Below are positions 1 to 11,954 of a DNA stretch of 64,000 bases, piece after piece. The notes beneath the pieces were generated by a model, which saw only the letters and a list, made by a program, of their open reading frames with translations, was not told the DNA's origin and did not search any database. Source of the stretch: Vicugna vicugna. Its lineage: Eukaryota. Made by a program: the position numbers and the translations under genes. Where the stretch lies: positions 6,607,741-6,671,740 of the forward strand of contig MU058636.1 in assembly GCA_013265495.1 (NCBI GenBank), read 5' to 3'. Positions within the stretch are counted from its first letter, which is position 1. Each line of letters opens with the position of its first letter.

Positions 1-60
1 CAGGTTTTAGATCATCAAATATTTTTATCTGTATCAATATTGTAGCTGATTTTAATTTAC

Positions 61-383
61 CAACTATGGTTGCACTTCAGGTTTAGAATGCTCTTTAATA
101 CAAAGTCCAAATATTTTATTTTAAAGAGAACAATAAAAATCAACTCTGGAAAGCATCCTGAGAGATAGTTATTATTAGTGTTTTAATTCTTGATCAGGAG
201 ACCGAAATCAAGAAAGCAATTGAAAGATGTTACCCTCCACAAGATACTCCACAAGAGTATCTTAGATGTAAGGGTATTTGGGTGTTTAGAAAAATGTTTT
301 TTAACATACATCTATTTCTGTTGATCTCCAGAAGGAAATTTTTTACAGGAAAATGGTATCAAACCTATCAAATAGGTTCTTAT
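61..383 (-). pseudogene. Decayed exon with RGS-like motifs
   Basis: Acceptor AATTAACAG and donor TTG|GTAAAT. One frame reads NLFDRFDTIFL*KISFWRSTEI ... LVEYLVEGNIFQL. Confidence 0.4.
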
Positions 384-565
384 CTGTTAATTCACTCTGT
401 TTTCCTCCTAATAAATGCTGTACCAAAACTCTATTCAAAATAAGAGAAAGTCTACAAATTCCCAGTTTCCAATCATTGCTAACTCAGTACTAAAATAAAC
501 TCTTTAGTAAATGAAGAAAGTGGTAGAGGGCCTCGATGTGACTTTATACTCTGAGTAGAGTCGCA

Positions 566-759
566 TCATGTATATATATACCACATCTTCTTTATCCAAG
601 CATCTATCAGTGGACATTAAGGTTGCTTCCATGCCTTAGCTATTGTAAATACTCCTGCTACGAACATTAGGGTGCATGTATCTTTTCAAATTGGAATTTT
701 CTCCAGATATATGCCCAAGAATGGGATTGCTGGATCATACGGTAAGTCTATTTTCAGTT
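566..759 (-). mobile_element. L1 fragment (ORF2 end / 3' UTR), followed by a MaLR (MLT1) LTR end at about 760-832
   Basis: Characteristic antisense L1 text (ccacatcttctttatcca...gggattgctggatcata), then tttaagcca...gcaaactaaca. Confidence 0.75.
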
Positions 760-2380
760 GAAAAATGAATTTCTATTGTTTTAAGCCATCCAGTCTCTGG
801 TATCTTGTCATGGCAACTCTAGCAAACTAACATATTCATATGTCAGACCAAGGGATCCAGTATGCGTCTCACTTTTGAAGAACCCTTTTAAAGGCCATCC
901 AAGAATAAATTCACCTCTCCAGCATCTACCACTGCAGGCAAAAGCAAGTCAAAGCACATGGTTGAAATCCTCAAAGAGTTTCTGCAATGTAACATCAATG
1001 GTTAACAGGGTGACTGGGCCAATGTCCCAGGCTGTCACGTTCAATGCTTCCTTCAGTACTCCTGTCTTCCAATTCAGCTTAATCTTTGCTCTCATCAACC
1101 TCAACCCTGCTACCAGGACAGCCTCTCACTCAGCTCAGCCCTGCCTCCCCAGGAAAAGAGAAATTCCAGATGATGGAGAGTCCATGGCATGATAGAAGAG
1201 GTGTGAAGTGATGTGGGAGTGAAATGGAGGTGAAGACTTTCCACTGATTAGCCACAGGGCAACTGAAGTTCTCCAGAATAAAGCAGGACTAGAGATGAAG
1301 ACTAGAGATGAAGATTTAGAGCCAGAGGTTAGAAACTCCAATGACAATAGAAGAGAAACTTGAAGGGTGATGCAGGAAATGGAAGAGGGGCTTTTGCATG
1401 ATTGGGGAATAGTCTGGAATAAGCAAGAAGACAGCATTACTCTCCTGCCCTAAAGGTATTACAGTCAGGAGAGGGAGACATACCAGCAAACAGATGATTA
1501 AAACACACTGTGGTCTGTACATGATCAGAGCACGCTAAGGGAGCCCATGAGGCTTTTTGGATCCCGGGCAACATTAGCACAGAGCAGAAAGAAGGGAAGG
1601 GTTAAGGGAGAACTGGGTAGTGGTTTTTCAGCACGATTCAAAGAGGAATACCAAATACGGCCAAGATGAGCTTTTCAGTCACAGGAAAAGCATCTCTGCC
1701 AGTAGAGATGATTGACTAGGACCTGCCACAGACTAATGAAATCTTTCCTGGCGCTCACTAATCAACACTCTCATTATTAGTTTATCTTACTAAGCACCCT
1801 AATTCCAGCAAAGGTACACTGCCCCAGATGGAAAATACATGCATTCCACCTACTAGAATTGAACATCTCACACGGTAAATTGCTTAGGCCTCTTGTGAGT
1901 CAATTGCCGTGAATCACCTTTCCTAAGGCTTTTCAGCTCTGAGAAACTGATGGGGCTGAGGGCCAGTCGGAAGGTCTTGCAAAATTCACCACAGGTAATG
2001 TCACCTCTGAGACTTCCTGAGAGTCAGACTTTAAGCCTTCTCTTGGCCACACCCTAACCTGCGCTGCAGCCCCTCTGCAACGTTTAACAGCGGACGTGCT
2101 GAGTTTGCGCTGGGTATCACCAATTAGCTTGGGGGAAACATAAAACCCATTTTATTTTTATGACAACACCTACTTTCCTTTCCCATTACTGCTCAGCAGC
2201 AGAGAAACTAAATTTGGTCCAACCAGAAAACTTAGTCTAGTCCAGTAAATTTTCCAGTTGCTTCTGACTTAAAATTGAGCATCTCTTGGGTTAATATTCA
2301 ATCTCGTGCAGGTATGATTTTTATCGTTAACTATCACTGTCCAGCTGAGTGTTCCCTCTCTGCCTACAATTCTTCTCCTC

Positions 2381-2747
2381 TGCAATAGTTCAAATATTTG
2401 TGTCCCCTCAAATTCAGATATTGAAATCCTAATCCCCAATGTGATGGTACTAGGAGGTGGGGCCTTTGGTGGGTAATTAGGTGATGAAGGCAAAGCCCTT
2501 GAATGCGAATGGAATTAGTGACCTTTTAATAGAGGCCCTAGAGAGCCCCCCGGCCACCTACCATGTGAGGACGCAGTGAGGAAACGATCAGCTATGAACC
2601 AGGAAGCAGGTTCTCACCAGATACTAAATCCTCCTGTGCCTTGATCTTGGATTTCCCAGGGTCCAGAACTATGAGAAGTAAATTTCTGCCGTTTATAAGC
2701 AGCCCAGTCCATGGTAGCTTGTTACGGCAGCCCAGATGGACTAAGCC
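2381..2747 (+). mobile_element. MaLR solo LTR (MLT1A-type)
   Basis: Matches MLT1A text from tgtgtcccctcaaattca...gtgatggtactaggaggtggggcctttgg through ccttgatcttggatttcccag to gactaag. Confidence 0.85.
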
Positions 2748-3059
2748 GCCCCTTATCCAGCTAAGTCTCTGAAGGCCTGAGGGCCATCGCCTGTGTGGTG
2801 TGAGACCTAAAATGAAAACCCAATGTCATACGCTGCTTTGACAACTGGTAAAACTGGCGTATCTGTTTCTGACTTACTTGCCTATAGCTGCAAAACTAAA
2901 AAATGATGGTTTTGAATACGGTTCCCATGTGTAGACGTGTGGTCACAATAAATCTGGGCACTCAAATCCATCTTTTGATCCTTTTCTTTCCCCCTCCCAA
3001 TGTTCCTTCCCTTCATAGCCACGCTTCACAAGTGTCTCTGTGCTCACTTTCTTGACCTC

Positions 3060-4572
3060 CTCTCCTCACATCCACTCTTTGTTGCAGTCTGACCCTGAAA
3101 CTCCTCTCTACAAAGTCATCATTTATCTTCAAATTGTCAAATTCAGTGACAGTTTATGTCCTGGTCTCCTTTGACCTCACTGTGGCATTTGACACTGCAG
3201 TCTACTCCCTCCTTAAAACTTGCCTTTAGCATTAGTGACACCACGCTTGCCCAACTATCCACCTCCTTCTCTGATCTTTGTTCTGTCTCTTGCAAAGCAA
3301 GCTCTTCCAGTGATGCTTCAGTGATGCTGCCACCACTGCTCAGGGCCTGATTCTTTGTCTCGTGCTCCTCTGTCTACATGCGTTCTCATTGGTCACCATG
3401 TTTAAGTCTCTGCTCTCCTTCGAGGACCACTTATGACCCAGTGCCTCCAACTCCTCATGCCCAGCTCAGACATCACTGCTGCTCAGTATTGGACAAGCCT
3501 AACCAAAAGTTGCCTAATCATTTAGTAATTAAAACCCCTTTTCCCTCTGAATTCCCCGACGTGAAGGTCCAATCATTCCCCCAGTGACCTAGTATTCTAG
3601 TCATTCTAGACTCTGTCTCTTCTATTCTCATCTGCTAAGAGTCTGATTTTACTTCCTAAATATAAGTTAGGACTCCTTCTCTTTCTTGCCTCTCACACTG
3701 CATGACCTTAGGCTTTTACTGCTTTTTGCCCAGCGTATTGCCCTCTTACCCTCTAAGCTGCAAAAACTTGTTTCTCCTACCCAATCTCCAGGGTGACTTT
3801 TCTAAAACTGTAAATCTGCTCATGGCAGGTCACTTTCCTGCTTCAGATCCTTCAGGCTCCCATTACTTTCAGGACAGACTTCAAACTCCTCAGCCGGGCA
3901 CAAGGCTCATCATGATGCTGTGGCGAGAGGGTCATACTCTGGCTTCACACATTCTAGCGGCAGGAATGTAGACAAGTTACTTAACCTTTTTGTGCCTTGG
4001 TGTCTTCCCTCTGCAGAGACACAAACAGCACTTACGTGGTAAGATTGTTGGGAGGACTGAATGAAGAGACATGTAAAGTAGCTATGGCAGGTCCTGGCAC
4101 ATAGCAAACAACTCATTTCTGACAGCAGCTATCATTTTTACCATCCTTCTAATCCTTCCCTTTCCTTCCCTTTGGTCATACTGGTCTACTTGACATTTCT
4201 GAGAACAGCCTGTGACTTCATTCTTTGGGGCTTTCTCATCGTGTTGCATCCTCTGCTTGTAATGCCTTTCTCCTGTTCTTTATCTAGCTAACACAGACAG
4301 TTTAAAACTCTTCTTATGTCGCTTCTTCCAGGAAGACTTTCTTGACCTTTCTACTTCAGTCTGATTTAGCTTCTCCTATGCTTTCTTATTTCTTTACAGA
4401 AACATTTATCCCAGCATTCAATACTCTGTATTAGACTTGATTATATGTCTGTCTCCTCTACAAGACTGTGGGTTCCTTAAAGACAGGATACATCCTTATG
4501 TCCTCATTTTTAAGAGCAAGGTTTGACTCTGTTGAAGTTGGAGTTTAATAAATAATCGTTGGGTGAATAAAA
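3060..4572 (+). mobile_element. L2 LINE (RT region to 3' end), interrupted by a MIR at about 3935-4125
   Basis: LDLSAAFDT-type RT motif remnant (tttgacctcactgtggcatttgacac) and an L2 3' tail ending gggtgaataaa. The MIR core reads gacaagttacttaacc...ctggcacatag. Confidence 0.75.
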
Positions 4573-5067
4573 AAACTAATCATTTCCCTTCATCAGGTGC
4601 TCAGAGACTCCAGACCACCTTTGCTTCAGAAAAGCACCTTACTCCAAAATTAAAACTTAAATCTCATTCCTTTCTCTACAAAAAAAAATCCCAATTTCTA
4701 AGCAGCACTATTAGATCACTGTCAGTGATGAAACTGAGATAATGACTTGCTAATGAATTACAGTTCAATACACTTCTATAGGATATTTGTATTGTCAGAC
4801 AAAGCAGTTATGAAGACAACAGAATTATTTATTTAGTGATGGGATTTAAAGAAGTAGAGCAGGAGGAAGGGATGTAGCATGAGGTGAGGAAGATAAAATT
4901 TACAGGGAATTTCTTAGCACTCTTCAAATAACATCCAGTGGATGTCCAGTCTCCACAGGTAAGTAAGGCGGAGGGCTGCTGTACAAGGGGTCTGGCTGGG
5001 AACACATCAAGAAAGTTTTCATGATTAAGCTAATAGCTGACACATTGACTTCAGTGATATCAGTCAT

Positions 5068-5432
5068 AAAATAGCAGTATGACCACATAAAGGAATAAAA
5101 TCTTGATACATTCTACAATATGCAAAGTGAAAAAAGCCAGAGACAAAAAGACACACATATATTGTGTAATTCTATTCATATTAAATATCCTGAACAGGCA
5201 AATCCATAGAGGCAGAAAATAGATTAGTGGTTGCCAGGAGCTGGAGGAATGGGGAGTGGCTTCTAATGAGTACAGTTTTCTTTTTTGAGCTAATAAAAAT
5301 GTTCTGGAATTAGATGGTGGTGATGGGTGTACAACCTTGTGATTATCCTAAAAGCCACTGAATGGTGTACTTTCGACAGGTCAATTTTAAGATATGTGAA
5401 TAATATTTCAATAAAAATATATAAGAAAAAAA
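5068..5432 (+). mobile_element. L1M (L1MB-like) 3' end
   Basis: aggcaaatccatagaggcagaaaatagattagtggttgccagg...gttctggaattagatggtggtgatgg...caataaaaa. Confidence 0.85.
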
Positions 5433-5883
5433 ATGATACACCAAAAAACTACCAGTAGAGGAAACAGTATTAGTTATTCATCATTGCTGTTAGAGGGTCC
5501 AGAAATAAAATCACATTTTCTAAATATAAAGGATCATGTAGTCAGCCATTTTAATGGCTTATATAAAGCATTTTTATAGTCTTTTCCACCAGTTCCCCAT
5601 AAGTCTTCTGCTATATTGTAACCACTCATTCACAGACTCTAAAAACCATAATTGTCAGTTAGTTGATGTCTTTATTTCTATTTTAAAATTTCAATTAAAA
5701 AATAATTTCTATTATTTTATAATGTTCTCAATTTAATTCATTCAATACAAATTAAAACTTACATTATCTTAAGTTAAATTTAAATGTTCCTTTTGAGCAC
5801 TAGTTCCACTTTATAGATGGACATTTTATACAATTCACTGTGATGCCAAAGACATGCTGTAATTAATAACATTTCATGTGTCT

Positions 5884-6015
5884 GTTTTTATTTATTTATT
5901 TATTTATTTATGTTTTAACTGATTTATAATCAGTTTACAATGTTGTGTCAATTTCCACTGTACAGCACAATTTTTCAATTATACATGAACATACATATAT
6001 TCATTGTCGCATTCT
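5884..6015 (-). mobile_element. Short young L1 3' end with (AAAT)n tail
   Basis: Closely similar to the TSD-flanked L1 3' piece at 40806-40931 (tgttgtgtcaa...cagcacaatttttca...cattgtc). Confidence 0.75.
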
Positions 6016-6019
6016 AAAT

Positions 6020-6151
6020 ATTTTTTATTTTTTGAGGGTGGAGGTAATTAGGTTTGTTTATTTATTTATTTAACGGAGGTGCTGGGGATTGAACCCAGGA
6101 CTTCATGCATGCTAAGCATGTGCTCTACCAATTGAGCTAAACCCTCCCCCT
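6020..6151 (-). mobile_element. Camelid-type tRNA-derived SINE
   Basis: Minus strand reads GGGGGAGGGTTTAGCTCAATTGGTAGAGCACATGCTTAGCATGCATGAAGTCCTGGGTTCAATCCCCAGCACCTCC (Pol III A/B boxes), followed by an AAACCTAATTACCTCC tail. Confidence 0.85.
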
Positions 6152-6910
6152 CTGTGTCTTTCTATTTTTCTTAGTGATACAATTTCTTAATTATGGTTTA
6201 CTATAAATGTTAGTTTTACTGAGGCATAAACTGAAACATTCTTTAGGTAACAGAAAAAATATACTCATGTTTTGCTTATAATCTCTTTCTCAAAACCTCT
6301 TAGATAATCCAAAGTTGGGAAGTCACTGAATGAATGTTTATTGAATGTCCATTATGTAAAACTATGGCTCTCAGCATTTTTGCATGTATGAGAGGGTATT
6401 TTGAACACCAGCTATCTTGAATGGCAAACTTGAAGAGACTGAATGCACCACACAACTTAACAATAATTATATTGCAATTCCAGAATATAATGTCTCATAG
6501 TGTCTATAAAAGTATACAGTCATCACTTTGTTCAGTTAATTGTACTTTTGCACTAGGGACTTACTGAAGAGAAATAATGATTTATCTGACTATGGTCTTC
6601 TATATACTTAAGGGCAAGGGTTATTTTATGTTATAGTAAGCATTTATAATACAGATGTCCCCAAATTGCCTAAAGTTGATGTCATTTTTTTAATAATATT
6701 TAAATAAAACAGTTCCTCCTACTTCACACACTTCAGGGATGCCAGCTTCATCCCTTCCCCTCCATCAATATTTCCTTCCACTTCCAGCAGATGCACATTT
6801 TCTTAGTTGCCCACATTGCAGCTGTTTTCTGTGTTTGATTTTGAACCATTATTTATGGCTTCTATATTAGTTTTTACCCAGTCAAAAAAACAGAAACCTG
6901 TTCAGATTTC

Positions 6911-7283
6911 TATATTAGTCAGCTTGAGCTACTATAACAAAATACCACTGACTGGATGAATTAAGCAAAAGAAACATGTTTTCTCACAGTTTTGGAAGCT
7001 GAGTAGTCCTTGGAGGTAGTCCCAGGTGCCAGCACATTCAACCCCTTGTCAGGGCTCTTGTCCTGGCTTGGAGACAGCCACCTTCTTGCTGACTCCTTTC
7101 AGGGCAAAGAGAGAGCTCTCGTGTCTCCTCCTCTGCTTTAAGGGCACTAGCCCTTTTAGATTAGGGGCTCACTCTTATGACCTCATTAACCTTCATTACA
7201 GGCACTTAAGTCCAAAAATGATCACCTTGTGGGTTAGGACTTCAACATACAAATTTTTGGAGAACACAATTAGATCCACAGCA
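6911..7283 (-). mobile_element. MLT1A/B-type LTR acting as 3' LTR of a MaLR provirus
   Basis: MLT1 text of 373 bp, preceded on the minus strand by a polypurine-tract-like GGGGGAGCCAGCAGTGGAA. Confidence 0.85.
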
Positions 7284-8952
7284 TTCCACTGCTGGCTCCC
7301 CCCAATTTATGTCCTTCTCACAAACAAAATACAGTAGTCCCTCCTTATCTGCATGCCTGTTTTCTGTGGTTTTAGTTACCCATGGTTAATTGTGGGCTGA
7401 AAATGTAAAATGGAAAATCCAGAAATAAAATATTTATGTTTTAAATTGCATGCATTCTGAATAGTATGATAAAATCTTGCACTATCCTGCTCTGCCCAAC
7501 CCCACCCTCCCCCAGACATAAATCATCCCTTGGTCCAGGGAATCCATGTGGTACATACTACCCACCCTTTAATCACTCAGTAGCCATCTGGGTTATCAGA
7601 CTGACGGTATAACCAGTATCACAGTGGTATCACAGTGTTTGTGTTCAAATAACCCTTATTTTACTTAATTGTGGCTTCAAAGTACAAGAGTAGTGATGCT
7701 GGCAATTTGGTGTGTTCTCTTACTCTACCTTAAGTATCAATTAAACTTCATCATAGGTAAAAACATAGTATATATAGGGTTTGGTACTACCCACAGTTTC
7801 CAGGATCCACTGAGAGTCCTGGAATACATCCTCTGCAGATAAGGGGGGACTACTATACATTCATTCTGGACCACCTGTCCCAAAAGTCTAACTCATTCCA
7901 ACATCAACGGTAAAGCCTAAAGCCTAAAGTCTCATCTAAACAGCATCTAAATCAGCTATGGGTGAGATTGTAGTTCATTCTGAGGCAAAATTCCTCTCCA
8001 GCTGTGAATCTGCGAAACCAGACAAGTTACGGGCTTTGAAAAAACAATGATAGGATAGGTATAGGGGAGACATTCCCGTTTCAAATAATCTCTTTGGTTC
8101 AAAGTTCTGCCCTCTAGGCCCACTGGGGTGGCTGTACCACTCCAATGGCTCTGTGAGCGTGGCCCCACACCTGAGGCACTAGACAGGAGGTGTGACTACA
8201 GAAGAGGAAATTGGGGAGAACCAGCCCTGCCCCATGGGTCTGTCATGGGAGTGGCAGCCCTCATGGTCTCTCAATCACCTTCAGGGTCATTCTTATCTCT
8301 TCTTGAAGGATAAAGCATATTCCCACCCAAACAGCTTTACTGTCCTGCCCTGTGGACTCTGACAGCCTTCCTTCATTTCATCCTGTGTCCTTTCAATTCA
8401 AACTAGCAACGTTTCTGCTCATAATATCCCATAATCTCTTTAGCAAGTGATAGTCCAGCCACAGGCTTGGTGTTCTTCTCCAAACACACTTTCTTATTTT
8501 TTGCAATATGTCCAGTCTGAGATTTTTTCCAAACCCTCAAGTTCTGATTCTTCTTTGCCTTTTTAATGCATCTATCTTCTCTTGCATTTTACTATAAGCA
8601 ATCAGGCTGCACTCTCAAGATTTTGCTTAAAATCTCCCCAGCTAAGTATTCAATTTTCATGGCCTCCACCTTCCACAAAACATTAGGACATAATTCAGTT
8701 AAGTTCTTTGCCACTTTGTAACAATGATCAAATTTACTCCAGCTTCCCAAAACCTGTTCCTCATTTCTAAGACTTGACCAGAATGACCTTTCACGTCCAT
8801 ACTTCTACCAACACTCTGTTCATGGCAATCTAGGCTCTTTCTAGCATCCACCTCAAAACTCTTCCAGTCTCTACCCATGACTCAGTTCCAAAGGTGCTTC
8901 CACATTTTTAGGAATTTGTTAGAGTGGCACCCAACTTCTTGGTACCAAAATC
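7284..8952 (-). mobile_element. MaLR internal sequence (MLT1-int), split by MER44
   Basis: Starts on the minus strand with GATTTTGGTACCAAGAAG (MaLR/ERVL PBS region), with MLT1-int text such as ctgaggcaaaattcctctccagctgtga. Confidence 0.8.
7332..7855 (+). mobile_element. MER44 (Tigger7-derived Tc1/mariner MITE)
   Basis: Terminal inverted repeats cagtagtccctccttatctgca / tgcagataaggggggactacta, flanked by TA on both sides (7330-31, 7856-57). Confidence 0.9.
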
Positions 8953-9450
8953 TGTATTAGTCATGGTCTTCAGAGAAATAGAACCCCCAAGAATATGTGT
9001 GTGTGTGTATATACATGAATGATTTATTATAAGGAATTGGCACACATGATTATGGAAGCTGAGAAGTTCCAAGATTTATAGTCAGCAAGCTGGACCCAGG
9101 AAAACCGATGGTGTAAATTTCAATCTGAAAGCTGGCAGCCTCAGGACACAAGAGCTAAAATTTCATTTGGAGTCCAAAATCCAGAAAAAGATCAATGTTC
9201 CAGCTCAGGGCAGTCAGGTAGGAAGAGTTCCCTCCTACTCCTAGGGTTAGCTTTTTTGTTCTATTCATGCTTCAACTGATTGTATAAGACCCACCCACAT
9301 TAGGGAGAACAATCTGTTTTACTCAGACTACTGATCCAAATGCTAACCTCAGCCCCAAACACCCCCAGGGTTACATCCAAAATCGTGTTTGACCAAATAT
9401 CTGGGCGCTCTGAGACCCAGCCAAGTTGTCACATAAAATTAACCATCGTA
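8953..9450 (-). mobile_element. MLT2B-type (ERVL) LTR in the 5'-LTR position of the MaLR internal region
   Basis: tgtattagtca...agagaaatagaacc...tttattataaggaattggcacacatgattatgga...ccaagttgtcacataaaattaaccatc is MLT2 text. Confidence 0.85.
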
Positions 9451-10629
9451 GTTTCTCAAATAAAGGGAAATTTGTATGACAAATTGGTCAGAAAAATGTT
9501 AGCCAAGCTAAAGGAGCAAAAACAGAAAGATGTACACAGGCATGGAGGAACCAAAGAGAAAACAGTGTCACATGGACCCCACATCCCAGTGATGTCCAAG
9601 CTGCCGGGGTGCTGCTGTTGCAGCTGTGCTGCTCCTACCCTGTGGGGAACCATGCGCTTGCATCCCGCTGCCCCCCAGGGGCTCAGAGGCTGGGAGATGC
9701 CCAGCACCGCTGCCGCTGCTGCTCAGCCAGAGCTCACAAGTGCTATGTTGTGAACTCTGCTGTTGAAACCGCTGCCTGGGCAGGAACCCAGGAGCCTACA
9801 TTTGCCTGTCTGCTGCTCCTTCTGTCCCGAAGTGCTGCCACAAGCAGGAGAAAATGGCTTCTTCCCGCTTCCACTCTCTCTCTAACCTCCCACCTAATGC
9901 CTCCCATGGACCACGGGCAGGACTTCAGTGTAAGCTCTCAGACAAGAGAATCTGGGTAATATCATTTGCAACCTTTCAGCCCCCTGTGATTCAAAGGAGA
10001 TAGGAACGGAGCAGAGAGCCAAGAACCACATAACCAGAACAGCTCCTATAATTACTATCTTTTTTTTTTCTGTATAATTTGTCCCATATGGGGCATCAGC
10101 TCTGATTTTTAATTCTCCAAGCCCTACTAAAAGAAAGCTGTTGCATGTAGGAAACTTTTTTGAAGGTTTTATATAATTGAAGATATAATAACATAGGGGG
10201 AAAAAAAATCTCAAGCTTAGGTATTAATGATGATTGTTTCTACAAACCAAAAGAAAAAATAAACACTTTTATAGGGGTTTTCTGCTGGTCACACTCATGG
10301 TTCCAGCCTCACTTGTTTCCCTCACTCAAGGTCTGTCCACCTCTCTCTGCCCCTTGCAGGCCCGTGTCTCCTCTTCTCCAAGTCACAACCCACTCTTTCC
10401 ACCCTAGCTCTACAATTCACTTACTCTGCCTCCTGGAAGATTGCAAATATAGGCTCCTAATGTTTACTTGACAGAGCAGTCTAGCTTTCTTTGTTTTCTC
10501 ACTTTTACCCATCGAGGTACTTTTAAAAATAAAACTAATAAATATTTGGTTAAATGGTTGATAGACTGACCTGGAAAATTTGGTAACATGTATGATACTT
10601 AAGGCAATTGGTAGGTTAGTATCTAGTCA

Positions 10630-11010
10630 ATACACCCCAGGTCTTCTTTTTGTTCCTTGAAGGAGCCAAACTGACTCCCATTTATGATCATGGCATGAAC
10701 TGTTCCCTCTGCCTAGAATGTCGTTACAATTCTTCCTGCTGTCATTCTTTATTTTCGTATGATCTCTTCAGAGAGCCGCTCCAATCTAAAGGAATGCCAT
10801 CTCACCCAGAACCCTCTATCTTTTCATCCTGTTTTAGTTTTCTTCATCACGCACATTACTACCTGATTTATGTATGTGCTTATTATCTGCTCCCAAGATG
10901 TATCAGTTAGGTCCATGAGACCAGAGAACTCCTACAGCTTATGCACGAGTGCATCCCTAATCCCTGGAACAAGCAGGCCCTCAACAAGTATTTGCTGACT
11001 GAATAAATGA
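10630..11010 (+). mobile_element. L2 3' end
   Basis: Ends with the L2 tail caagtatttgctgactgaataaatga. Confidence 0.7.
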
Positions 11011-11126
11011 CGTAGGTCATTGCCAAGGCACAGAGAAGATGTTGCAATGAACGTCTGCAAAAACTTTTGGATTTACTCTCATTTGGATTTGCACATTGAC
11101 AAATACAGACTAATGTGGTGTCTTAC

Positions 11127-11393
11127 CATGTCTTTATGAGTTTTTCCTCTCTACCTGCAGTTTTCTCACTTAACTGAATCCTGAGGCAGAAACTCAAGAA
11201 TCCTGCTGTCCTTTATTTTCACAGCTGAGTTGCTTTGATTACAACTTCAGTGACAATAGACTGGATTTTGTCTAGGATCTCTTTGTTAAGGATTTTATCT
11301 TATTTAGTGCTGCCCATGAATATTCACAAAATATAGGCATGCCATCATTATGGGTTCAAGCATCACCTCTCCAGTAACAGGAAAACAGAACAT
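11127..11393 (-). pseudogene. Decayed 267-nt exon
   Basis: Acceptor GGTTCTTTCAG and donor CATG|GTAAGA. Length is a multiple of 3, and part reads ILNKEILDKIQSIVTEVVIKATQL. Confidence 0.4.
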
Positions 11394-11954
11394 CTGAAAG
11401 AACCATATGCACTACAATTGTTGCTGCCTCCAGAAAGATGTGACCAAGACTCTGTAACACCCTAAATGCACAGTTTGTAAATTGCCTAGTTAAATCTGGA
11501 CTCAAACTGTGTTACCCACTTTTAAACTGTGTTAAATTTCTTAATACTTGAGAGCTGCTAGGGTGAGCCCATTTACTGTGACAAAAGGATTACCTCTAAG
11601 TTGGTCTTTGACTTTAAGTAAGTAATATTTCTTCTTTAATGATTCTAACAAAAGAGGGCTATAGTTTACTACCTATGAATGAGAAAAAGACGACCTGAGG
11701 CATATCGGATTCTAAGAGGAGACCGTGAGTGCATGTGCACTGTAGCCCATAGCAGGTACTAGGAAGCTGGATGAGGAAATCATTAGGGTGATGGGGCCTG
11801 GACACCAATCTCAAATTATGAATACATATTCATTAGTAGATCCAAGCATTCGATAAAATTAAATTTGATAATTTGAAAAGGTTTTCTCCTAATTTACATA
11901 TTTAAATGTTCATCTTTTTGAAATAATAATAATGATTTTGAAATCCGTACTCAC

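Noticed and set aside
6075..6151. tRNA-like sequence with A and B boxes (also at 31200-31274)
   Set aside because: It has a SINE tail and flanking direct repeats, so it is a tRNA-derived SINE rather than a tRNA gene.
9340..9959. 137-aa and 116-aa ORFs with Cys/Ala runs
   Set aside because: They span an MLT2 end and an old LTR-like CTG-rich region, with no coding signal.
11330..11393. MFCFPVTGEVMLEPIMM resembling a U-box start
   Set aside because: The rest of the U-box pattern is missing and the frame stops soon after, so this is probably chance.
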